Assembly (NCBI RefSeq): GCF_001194135.2
Contig: NC_068985.1
Location: forward strand, 13,174,151-13,238,150
Source of the DNA: Octopus bimaculoides
Lineage: Eukaryota
Direction: 5' to 3'
Length of the DNA: 64,000 nucleotides
Positions within the stretch are counted from its first letter, which is position 1. The number at the start of each line of letters is the position of its first letter. Under the pieces are notes generated by a model. It was not told the DNA's origin and made no database searches. It was given only the letters and a program-made list of their open reading frames with translations. Made by a program: the position numbers and the translations under genes. This document shows, in pieces, positions 52,011 to 64,000 of this stretch.

Positions 52011-52584
52011 TAAATATATAGCATTTATAGTTCTAGGTTCTATGTGCGTAAACACCGTGAGATATTAGAAAGATATACACCCCACCTTTGTTTTTCTAGC
52101 GTATTCTACAATGTAGTGGAGTGTAATTATGAAATGCAATGATTTTATCTTTAGATTGATTCCAGTGTATCAGATACTTAAACTCTCTTTGGAGTATTCT
52201 ACGTTGTGAAGTAATGTTTTCAAGAGGGGAAAATATTATTATCTATTAAAAAGAAGCTTATCCAGATGCCATAGTTGAGTAATTAAGAAAATGTAATTTA
52301 CAACATCCTCTTGAAAATAACGACCAATTATTGATTGTATAAAGCGAGAAAGTCTGTTTTGACAACGTTACACGCTCAGCGAGTAATGTATTTTAATGGC
52401 TACTTCACATCTACTTGAATATTGAATAAATACGCAAAAGTAATTTCCCAAACACAAGCTCAGAAAACACGCATGTACACATTGACATAAATTTACGTTT
52501 ATATTTACTGACGTTTCCACCTTACAAAATATTGCTGGCTGTCAAAGGCACATACAGATTCTCAACAGAACTCATACATGTGTG

Positions 52585-52634
<50 letters not shown>

Positions 52635-52889
52635 NNNNNNNNNNNNNNNNNNNNNNNNNNNNNNNNNNNNNNNNNNNNNNNNNNNNNNNNNNNNNNNNNN
52701 NNNNNNNNNNNNNNNNNNNNNNNNNNNNNNNNNNNNNNNNNNNNNNNNNNNNNNNNNNNNNNNNNNNNNNNNNNNNNNNNNNNNNNNNNNNNNNNNNNNN
52801 NNNNNNNNNNNNNNNNNNNNNNNNNNNNNNNNNNNNNNNNNNNNNNNNNNNNNNNNNNNNNNNNNNNNNNNNNNNNNNNNNTATATATA

Positions 52890-52925
<36 letters not shown>

Positions 52926-53119
52926 TGTATGTATGTATATGAATATATATATGCATATATATATATATATATGAATATATATATACATATATGCATATTA
53001 TATAGATATACACACATAGATATATCCCCATACACATACCTAAATATAAGTATATATCTATATATGTATGTGTATACATATTCATACATACATGAATATA
53101 TACATATATGCATTATATA

Positions 53120-53350
53120 TAGGCAGAATTCAGAAAAAAATAAACAAAAGACGGAAGCAGGTGGTGTAGACAACAAACAGATCTATTAGTTTAACGCTCG
53201 AGAAGTGAAAAAGTCTTTAACGTTTCGAACCTACGCCCTTCCGCAGAAAGAAACAAGGAGAGAAAATAAAGAATGTGTAGCGGCTAGCGATCTATCATGA
53301 CGAATGCCGGACAGAAGGGTCACACAGGAGAGCTAGGAAGAACGGGAGTT
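53120..53350 (-). mobile_element. Hammerhead-bearing short repeat, inverted copy
   Basis: The reverse complement contains ctttCTGCGGAagggcgtaggttcGAAACGTTaaag. Confidence 0.6.
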
Positions 53351-54030
53351 AATGTAGTCGTGGTGATCCCTAAAGAAAGGTGCACGTACGTACATACATA
53401 CATAGATACATACATACATACATGCTTACGCATTAAATAGCTTATGGCATAGGCACAAGGTATGAAGTCTGGAACGGTGTTAATTGCTAACAACAACCAA
53501 ATACACTGCTACATGATTTTATCGAACTCGAAGGGCGAAAGGCAAAGTTGTGTACTTCAGAATTTGAACGCAAAGAGAAAGAACTTTGGAAGAAACTGCA
53601 GCAAGGCGTTTTAAATGAAATACTGGAAATTCTGTCGCTTGACTTGGATTTGGTTTACCATTATAGACTTCACTGTTACGCTAAACATAAAATCCATGGC
53701 AGCTTGAGGTTTCTGTCATTCTAATATGCTAAGAGCATGTATGAATGGTAAATTAAAATAAGTGTTTCACTGGGAAACAGTGTACAAGTCCAAGAGCCAG
53801 TTGCACCTGTGCTTAATGCATTTTGGCAGTACAAGCAAAATCGTACATGAACAAATAATAGATCACTGCACAAGTATTCACATACACAGGTGCACACAGA
53901 CACTTAGAGAGAGATACAGAGAGACAGAGACATACATACATATATATTTGTATGAATGTATGGATTATGTATGTGTATGTATACATATGCTCACACACAC
54001 ATAGACACTCACACGAACATATATTTATAA

Positions 54031-54090
<60 letters not shown>

Positions 54091-54092
<2 letters not shown>

Positions 54093-54294
54093 CTTTTACA
54101 CTTTTACTTGTTTCAGTCATATGATGACTGTGGCCATGCTGGAGCACGGCCTTTAATCGAGCAAATCGACCCAGGACTTATACTTTGCAAGCCTAGTTCT
54201 TATTCTATCGTCTCTTTCGCCGAACCGCTAAGTTACGGGAACGTAAACACACCAGCATCGGTTGTCAAGCGATGTTGGGGTGACAAACTCAGAG

Positions 54295-54351
<57 letters not shown>

Positions 54352-54480
54352 CATACATATGACGGGGTTCTTTCAGTTTCCGTCTACCAAATCCACTCAC
54401 AAGTCTTTGGTCGGCCCGAGGCAATAGTAGAAGACTCTTGCCCAAGGTGCCACGCAGTGGGACTGAACCCTGAACCCGGA
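54091..54480 (-). mobile_element. SINE family B
   Basis: Reverse complement of the tail, internal (CA)n and CORE-like segment. Confidence 0.8.
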
Positions 54481-54687
54481 ATGTATATNNNNNNNNNNNN
54501 NNNNNNNNNNNNNNNNNNNNNNNNNNNNNNNNNNNNNNNNNNNNNNNNNNNNNNNNNNNNNNNNNNNNNNNNNNNNNNNNNNNNNNNNNNNNNNNNNNNN
54601 NNNNNNNNNNNNNNNNNNNNNNNNNNNNNNNNNNNNNNNNNNNNNNNNNNNNNNNNNNNNNNNNNNNNNNNNATAATATACATAAAC

Positions 54688-55005
54688 TGGCACTCCGTCG
54701 GTTACGACGACGAGGGTTCTAGTTGATCCGATTAAAAGGACACCTTGCTCCTGAAATTAACATGCAAGTGGCTGAGCACTCCACAGATACGCGTACCCGT
54801 AAAGGAGCTCCCAGAGAGAGTAAGCGTAACACAGAATGTGACAAGACTGGCCCTTTTTCAAATACAGATACAACTTATTTTGCCAACTGAATTAATTGGA
54901 GCAACGTGAAATAAAGTGTCTTGCTGAAGGGCTCAAAGCATCGCCGGGAATTGAACTCATGATCTTACGATCGTGAGCCGAATGCCCTAACCACTAAAGC
55001 ACGCA
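54688..55005 (-). mobile_element. SINE related to family C (same 3' tail, different middle)
   Basis: Shares ggcactccgtcggttacgacgacgagggtt...gaaattaacatgcaagtggctgagcactccacaga with 9305. tRNA-like head at about 54940-55005. Confidence 0.7.
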
Positions 55006-55128
55006 TGTTGGCAGTACAAGCAAAATCATACGTGCGAACATGATCAAAGAAACAGACATACGTTGACTCGAACACTGCACACGTATACACACACAGAAAG
55101 GTGCGTACTGGTAGATAGAAAGATAGAT

Positions 55129-55137
<9 letters not shown>

Positions 55138-55186
<49 letters not shown>

Positions 55187-55348
55187 TGATACAGACAGAC
55201 TGATACAGACAGACTGATACAGACAGACTGATACAGACAGACTGATACAGACAGACAGACGGATACAGACAGAGACAGACAGACAGACAGACAGACAGAG
55301 ACAGACAGACAGACAGAGACAGACAGACAGAGACAGACAGACAGAGAC
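55138..55348. repeat. (AG)n/(ACAG)n with a 14-bp higher-order unit acagacagactgat
   Basis: Seen directly. Confidence 0.9.
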
Positions 55349-55781
55349 ATATTACGTATATACATATACATGCATATATATGATCAGTAAATCACAAATC
55401 GGAAAAGAGAAGCACACCTGTTTCTCAGTCTATGCGTATGTGTGTGAACAAGAGTTAGTACACAATGCTGCAAGTAGAGTCATATATGTTGTATTTTATT
55501 CCAGAAATGTTTACTTCGTGTTATACTTTTCCCAGTCGTAGCAGGATTAGTGACAATGGAAACATAACATAAGATACTTAAAATTACATACAATCGTGAT
55601 AACTGTATATCCAGGGGAGTTCTGACTAAGCTGAAATGAAACACGATGTTTAAGACAGGAAATGTATTCCCTGAGCATATACATGTGGTACGTAATTCAA
55701 ATGAAAATATTAGAGAATGGAATAAGGCGAGCAATAGAGAGAAAAACGAAACGTGTTGCTGGAAACAAAGCACAAACACAA

Positions 55782-55886
<105 letters not shown>

Positions 55887-56549
55887 CATATATATGTAGN
55901 NNNNNNNNNNNNNNNNNNNNNNNNNNNNNNNNNNNNNNNNNNNNNNNNNNNNNNNNNNNNNNNNNNNNNNNNNNNNNNNNNNNNNNNNNNNNNNNNNNNN
56001 NNNNNNNNNNNNNNNNNNNNNNNNNNNNNNNNNNNNNNNNNNNNNNNNNNNNNNNNNNNNNNNNNNNNNNNNNNNNNNNNNNNNNNNNNNNNNNNNNNNN
56101 NNNNNNNNNNNNNNNNNNNNNNNNNNNNNNNNNNNNNNNNNNNNNNNNNNNNNNNNNNNNNNNNNNNNNNNNNNNNNNNNNNNNNNNNNNNNNNNNNNNN
56201 NNNNNNNNNNNNNNNNNNNNNNNNNNNNNNNNNNNNNNNNNNNNNNNNNNNNNNNNNNNNNNNNNNNNNNNNNNNNNNNNNNNNNNNNNNNNNNNNNNNN
56301 NNNNNNNNNNNNNNNNNNNNNNNNNNNNNNNNNNNNNNNNNNNNNNNNNNNNNNNNNNNNNNNNNNNNNNNNNNNNNNNNNNNNNNNNNNNNNNNNNNNN
56401 NNNNNNNNNNNNNNNNNNNNNNNNNNNNNNNNNNNNNNNNNNNNNNNNNNNNNNNNNNNNNNNNNNNNNNNNNNNNNNNNNNNNNNNNNNNNNNNNNNNN
56501 NNNNNNNNNNNNNNNNNNNNNNNNNNNNNNNNNNNNNNNNNNNNNNNNN

Positions 56550-56598
<49 letters not shown>

Positions 56599-57369
56599 GA
56601 CTCAAAAGAACATTACAAATGCTCATTAGGTTCTGAAAACAAACCGGTGATGTTTCTATTTGAAGATTTGAAGACTGTGGACGCCATGTTTTGATTATTG
56701 CCACTAGAAAAATAATTATGAAAGATAGCAAATAAATTTAGCCAGAGAATGCATGTAGGAGAAGACATTCCAAGTGATTTTACATGCATATATGTGTCTG
56801 TGTCCTTGTCTTTTTCTTAGTTTATCTCTATGTGTCTGCATGTGTGTGTGTATGCATGCACGCGGGCGTGTTTGTGTGCATGTGTGTTCTAGATTTTTAT
56901 TTTTCGAATTTCACACCAATGTAGAGAGAGCCCAGGAACAAGGCGCTTTCCTTGGAATTTGCAGAATAACAAGTACTTAGTTGTGCATACATACACGCAT
57001 GCGTGCATGTATATAAGCTTATCTATATGCATACGTATGTTTATGTGCATTCTTTGATCTCGTTGCATACGTGAATCTCTGCATTGACGTATGAATGTGT
57101 ACACATGTATACCTGTGCATGTCTACACATGTACACTAGCAGATACTTATTGAATAAACTACTTCACTGTTTACATATTAAACAATGCTGTTTAATAGTT
57201 TGTATCTTTGATTTTCAATATCGCAATGAAATTCAGGCTTTGTGAAGTCCATTTTATGAAACCGATGTGAGGCATGTAATTACATATCTAAAGTCCTCAA
57301 TATATGTGCGTTTGTGTGTATGTGTGTGCGCGTGTGTGTATGACTATGTAAATATATATATATTTGTAT

Positions 57370-57555
57370 CTTATTTCTTTATTGCCCACAAGGGGCTGAA
57401 CATAGAGGGGACAAACAAGGACAGACAAAGGGATTAAATCGATTACATCGACCCCAGTGCATAACTGGTACTTAATTCATCGACCCCGTAACGGCAGACG
57501 AAATACCGCGAAGCATTTCGCCCTCCGTGCTAACATTTCAGCCAGCTCACCGCCT
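57370..57555 (-). mobile_element. SINE family A, internally deleted left monomer
   Basis: ttatttctttattgcccacaaggggctgaacatagaggggacaaac...ccagctcaccgcct. Confidence 0.7.
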
Positions 57556-59599
57556 GTATCTATGCCTATGTATGTATATGTATGCATATATATGTATATA
57601 NNNNNNNNNNNNNNNNNNNNNNNNNNNNNNNNNNNNNNNNNNNNNNNNNNNNNNNNNNNNNNNNNNNNNNNNNNNNNNNNNNNNNNNNNNNNNNNNNNNN
57701 NNNNNNNNNNNNNNNNNNNNNNNNNNNNNNNNNNNNNNNNNNNNNNNNNNNNNNNNNNNNNNNNNNNNNNNNNNNNNNNNNNNNNNNNNNNNNNNNNNNN
57801 NNNNNNNNNNNNNNNNNNNNNNNNNNNNNNNNNNNNNNNNNNNNNNNNNNNNNNNNNNNNNNNNNNNNNNNNNNNNNNNNNNNNNNNNNNNNNNNNNNNN
57901 NNNNNNNNNNNNNNNNNNNNNNNNNNNNNNNNNNNNNNNNNNNNNNNNNNNNNNNNNNNNNNNNNNNNNNNTATATATACATGCATATATGTGTGCGAAT
58001 GTGTGTGTGTACGCGCGCGCGTCGTTATTTAATTTCATTTCAGGATTTCATGCGAATGGAGGAGTAGTTTTCTAACCTACATCCAAGGCTCCTTCATTAG
58101 AATTTCAATTTGAACAGGATATTTTTCTTTGTATGTATGTACATATGTATCCTTGTATCTATGTAAGTGTGTGTATATGTATGTATGTATGTATATATAT
58201 ACGTATGTATATGTGTACATTTGTATGTTTTGTTTTATGCATGTATCTTCATACATATACCTGCACGTCTAGACATGCCCGTATATAGTTAAATGATAAA
58301 CGTCTAAAAAAGTTTTACAGACTTTCACTTTTCCAATGATGGCTTAGATCTGTAGTCTTCGAACCAGCATTTTCCTTTCTGGTTTTGAGAAGCCTAATTT
58401 CTCAAGATTCGTATTTAGGTAGTGTGTTACATATCGTAGAGATTCAATAATTACAGCTATCAAGCCGAACATGTAATCTGGGTAGAGTAACTGTAGACTT
58501 CTCAACAGTTCGGGAAATGTATTTATGTATGTGTGTGTGTGGATGTGTGTGTGTGTGTGTGTGGATGTGTGTGTGGGTGTGTAGATATATATATATATAT
58601 ATATATNNNNNNNNNNNNNNNNNNNNNNNNNNNNNNNNNNNNNNNNNNNNNNNNNNNNNNNNNNNNNNNNNNNNNNNNNNNNNNNNNNNNNNNNNNNNNN
58701 NNNNNNNNNNNNNNNNNNNNNNNNNNNNNNNNNNNNTACATACAATGCTAGGTTGGGTTAAGTAAGTACGGATCTCTCATTAAGTCTGTACAGATGTTTG
58801 CTAGAAAAACTTTATCGCTTTCAAAATCTACAGAGATATTTATTTTCACTACTAAAGACAATTTCTATACCCCAATCAATTGTTTCTTTGTCAATTTAGT
58901 CTGTATTTTACCGACGTCTTGCCATGAACACTGCATATGTACTTTTTATGTTAGAAGTAATTATGCCCCCTACATTACTCTAGATCATTCCAGGTATAGC
59001 CTCGCAAATCCTCTTTCTGTGGAGGTGTAACAAGTGATGCTTGGGAGACATCTTGCTCCATGTATACTTTATAATGACAGTTTCAGACAGAGTTATAGCT
59101 CTCTGCCTTTATGTATATATGTTCGCATGTAACTAAGCATATATTTATTTAATAGATATGCATACCTGCATATATAAAGAAGTGTGTGTGTAGAACATTC
59201 TGCGGTTTGTTGGGCTTTCCTTGGTATTTTTCAGCATTTGCATTGAAATGAAATAGGGAAGTGTGTTCACACTGACTTTGTCCAACGTTTTGGACATTAT
59301 GATGAAGCATGCCTATAGATCACCAACTGATGCAGTTTATCCTCATAAGAGATCCAAAATGGAACCAGCTAAGCTTATAAACACACGCACACACACACAC
59401 TTGTCTTAACCGATTATGTGAGCATACAGGCATAGTTCTTCAACCAAATTTACTGCAATCTTCCACCGTAGTGGATTTTGACGGATTATTTATTAATTGA
59501 ACTCTTAATAATTGTAGATGTGTATTTTGGGGGTATTTCATGCTTCATCGCTTTATACAGGGTGCGAGAGGTATTTGAGGACATATTTGGTCGTTTTAT

Positions 59600-60150
59600 A
59601 AAACAACTTTTATCTAGCAAAAACGAAAGATATGTTAATAAAAATATTCTCGAAAAATATTCTGATCAGATATTTATGAGTCCCCTTCCAACTTCGAAGG
59701 CCATATCAAAGCAGGAGCAGAATCCCTGACATACCTGCACTAAATGATCCTTATTTATTTCGGACATTACCTGGACAATGCCCCTCTTTCAACAGCAAGT
59801 TCGGAGTCTACAAATTTTGTGTTATATGACTGTAAAGATTGTTGTACATACAATGTTGCCATATATGGGCTTTGTGAGAAAGTGCTCAATTTTGTTGAAA
59901 CACGTATGATCTTCTATTATGTTCTTTATCCATCCAAGTTTAAGTAACTCTCTCCAGCAAATCAGAAGCTATAATTCTAACACCATGTGGAAAACTGTGA
60001 GGTGGTACGACATGACCTTCTTTACACACCACTCTCAAAACCATCACAGTTGCTGGAAAATCAGTGTACATCACTCTGAGGACATCAGAAGGATGTGCAC
60101 AGGAGCACTCATCATTTCTCCAGTTAGGCCTATGATCTTAGTCGACGTTT
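59600..60150 (+). mobile_element. Possible decayed RTE-like RT
   Basis: EDIRRMCTGALIISP weakly resembles IxRGVRQGDxISP. Confidence 0.2.
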
Positions 60151-60555
60151 TTCTTCTCTTACTTATGGGAGAAGAATGAAAGTGAGCAATATTCACTTGG
60201 CTCGGAACAAGCGGTTTTCTGACATCTTTGCATATATAAACTGATTAGAAACTTAAATGTTATCAGCGATAGCCCTCATTGATTTTACAGGATCACCGTC
60301 TATGTTTTGACCGTTGAATTAACTACAGTCTTTAGAGTGTCCAACCTTTTAGAGTGTTTGTTTCCTTCTTTTTCGTATCAGAGGCAGTTGGAGCTTTTTT
60401 GCCTGCAAGAGGCCTCCAATCGCAGCCGAAATAAGAATACAAAAGATCTTACAGCATTCAAATAGTTGTCAAGTTCTAAATTGCAGAGATAGAACTTTTT
60501 TAATTAGGTTGAAAAGAGTAATAATACTAATAATTAAATGTATTCAAATACACTT

Positions 60556-60624
<69 letters not shown>

Positions 60625-60660
60625 TATATATATGTATGTATGTCTGTATGTATGTATTAC

Positions 60661-60696
<36 letters not shown>

Positions 60697-60852
60697 CTAA
60701 AACAGTTTGAAGGAGACGGGTTTCTGTTATAGTCCTACGTATCCTTAAGTCACATAGAGCCGAATGAAACTGTAAGAAATAATAATACTTGTGAATCCTA
60801 CTAAATGTGTTGAGTGCATTGTTTTGTTTCTCCACTCACTTGCATATACAAT

Positions 60853-60905
<53 letters not shown>

Positions 60906-61363
60906 TATGCATATGCACACATAGATACGTAGAGATAGATAGATACATAGATAGAGAGACAAACAGTCAGACAGAGAGAAAGAAATTTTTGTTGGCACAT
61001 CATGGCGAAATGGTTCAAATTTTTGCATTGAGTGCGCAAGATCCCATGATCAGTGACGCTGCATATCATCTGGGACAAATTTCATTGTCTATAGACTTGG
61101 ATTGAACACATTTTCCCTAGCCTTGGCTTGAGTGAAATTGGGAAGAGAGAGAAACCGAGAAGAAACTAGTTGACTGGAATGTACTTGTTATTTTAGACGT
61201 ACAGCTTTGGCTGTTCGCTTTGAACCACGCTGATCAAGAGCATTCAACTCTGTGAAAGTACATGCTACACCAGCAGGCGCTGATTCAGTTCATCCAACAA
61301 ATTAATTCTCCTCGTCTAACAACAGATAATTCACTGCCATCTCCCGCCATATCCATAACTATA

Positions 61364-61431
<68 letters not shown>

Positions 61432-61848
61432 CGTATGTATATGCATATGTATATATGTATGTATATTGAGTACTTTGTATCTCTCGGTTAATACCTTACA
61501 ATTCTCATCTACATAAGCTGATATTACACATACTTTTGAATTACTGTTTATTATAGCTAATCACTATTCAAAACACGGAAATCTATGTTTGTGAATAGAC
61601 ACACTCACACAAACACACGCATGTATTTATGTATAAAAGTGTGTATATATGTACGTACATATTTAGGACCTCACACACACATAGAACACAATACACATAC
61701 ACCCAACATAGACACATATATATACTTATAAATGAATATATATTTAATACATATAGGCATAAATAAACGTGTATATATATGTGCACATATATATATATGC
61801 ATACACATGTAAATATATACATACTTAATATATATCTATCTATATATT

Positions 61849-61927
<79 letters not shown>

Positions 61928-62299
61928 ACATATACGGACATGGATACAGAAATCACACATGCTAAAGCTAAAGTAAATATTATTCATACAATGTCTCTGC
62001 ATACGTGAACATGTAAGCAAGCGTCCACATGTTTACCTGTTACCTAGAGATAAAAAGCTCACGTATATATGTAGACAGAGAAGCACCAAAATTCAATATG
62101 AAGCTTTAACAAACTGTCCTTTTTAACTCTGCAGTATATTCCGATAACAATTACTGTTTATCAATGTTTGATCAGTGTCTAACATCACATTTCGATAGAT
62201 TCCAGATATCAATCATAGCAACTCTGTCAAAATTCTTCGTTCTGTAATAACTTTCTCGATGATGGCCTTCTCAGGGGAAGTATAAAATATACGCAAGTC

Positions 62300-62585
62300 T
62301 TTCGTAATTCATAATCATAATCGTCATGGACATCAGTATTAGCAGCAACAACATCGATAAACGGGATGGAAGCAGAAGCTGCAACAAATATCATATAAGT
62401 AGTAGCAGCAGCGGGTGTATAGTAAAATGTATGCTGCTTATCTTCTTTCTCGTCTCTTTCATCATTGTCAATATTATAACCATCATCATCGCCATCAGTA
62501 ACCTGATTGGTATTATCAACGTCTTCAGCTATCACATTTTCATGATCGCTATCTCCATTGTCAACATAGTCATTTAATGATCGCT

Positions 62586-62637
<52 letters not shown>

Positions 62638-62661
62638 CCATCACCACCACTATAATCATCC

Positions 62662-62692
<31 letters not shown>

Positions 62693-63190
62693 GACCAGTG
62701 ACCTACCACTGCTACCCGCACCACCATCACCATTCTCACCGCCACCCCCACTAACATAGCCATCGTCTGCAACACCACTGCGATAACCATCATTATTACC
62801 ACCACCATCCTCATCATCATCATGAACATTCTCAACATCATCATGACCATACTAAGCAACCCCCCCCCACCACCACCACCACCTTCACCGTTATAATCAT
62901 CGTTATTACCAAGTCATCATCATCAGCATCATCATTATCATGATCTTCTTCATCATCACCCGGAAACGCCGCCATCATATACACCAACATTGCACTTTTC
63001 ATTTTTTATCATCATCATCATCTACAAGGACATCTTCAGCATCAATATAACAATCACCATCATTATCCTCATCACCATCATAACCGCTATTTCCCTCACC
63101 AACACCACCACTTCCATCATCACCACCATCACCATTATCACCATCTTCATCATCAATCATCAACCCCACCACCACCATCATACCCTCCTG
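62300..63190. repeat. Degenerate (CAT)/(CAC)/(CGT) low-complexity region
   Basis: Seen directly. Confidence 0.9.
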
Positions 63191-63344
63191 GTAACTTTAT
63201 AATGAGCCTCATCGGTTTGTTCATATTTTTCATTAATATTGTCATGCTCAGCCAGCGACTCATGTTCTCATTTATACAACCATATGATATCCATTTTTTC
63301 CCTCACATTCCATTTATTTCGTTATCTCCTTCCCCACTCCCTCA

Positions 63345-63410
<66 letters not shown>

Positions 63411-63962
63411 TTCTCATCTTCTTTACTTTATTTTCTTGTTTCCTTTTAATGTCTTACAACCATTTTCATTCCTGATTGATTTCCATACAAGAATAACCGT
63501 TTCCTCTCTTCTCTCCGAAGGGAAAAATATAGGCTAGAGATACTTATTGTAATGTCATTGTGATTCCGGCTTTGATCTGAGCCTTCATTTCATTTCTCTT
63601 TTCTTCTTTGCATGTCTCTGTGGCTTTTAACTGTTCAAATGCCATTACGCATCAACTGTACTACAATATTGGTCCGAATGTGTAAACTAAAAATGATATC
63701 TTCAACAATACATTTTGGCTTCATTTATTTTCTTTCTTTATAAATACTTTTGTATTCTCTTTTCCTGGATCTGTCTGTGTCTCACTCTCCCTCTATACGT
63801 CTCTTCGTCTCGCCACATCTTTCTTGTGTACATAGAAACGTGCATACATGCACACACATACACATATTTCTCACACTCTTTATTTTCACATATAAATGTG
63901 TGAGCGTATGTGTATGCATGTACGTATACACCACACACATACCTACTCAAACACACATATAC

Positions 63963-64000
<38 letters not shown>

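Noticed and set aside
62227-63202. Acidic, His-rich or Ile-rich ORFs
   Set aside because: They are translations of degenerate CAT/CAC trinucleotide repeats.

Overview
AT-rich animal genomic DNA, dense in microsatellites and SINEs, with 15 assembly gaps. It is very likely a coleoid cephalopod (Octopus); this is inferred from the repeat landscape and peptide style, not database-confirmed. The only confident host protein-coding sequence is a + strand allatostatin-A/buccalin-type neuropeptide precursor exon (42977-43646, ATG 42989). It encodes a signal peptide and about 10-11 amidated peptides and is bounded by canonical splice sites. A candidate terminal exon lies at 44462, and a CRE/Inr-bearing candidate first exon lies about 31 kb upstream. 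The rest is repeats: three or four tRNA-derived SINE families (one a TSD-flanked dimer), several R4/Dong-clade LINE fragments sitting in (TAA)n tracts, Penelope-like remnants, hammerhead-ribozyme motifs, two fold-back elements and decayed transposon fragments. The observations most worth a second look are a tRNA-Thr(CGT)-like head fused to an R4/Dong LINE 3' tail (candidate new SINE), a head-to-tail stack of R4 3' ends, and minimal hammerhead motifs including a core variant seen in two copies. Nearly all other ORFs in the track are artefacts of microsatellites or N runs. Repeat boundaries are approximate and were read by eye.
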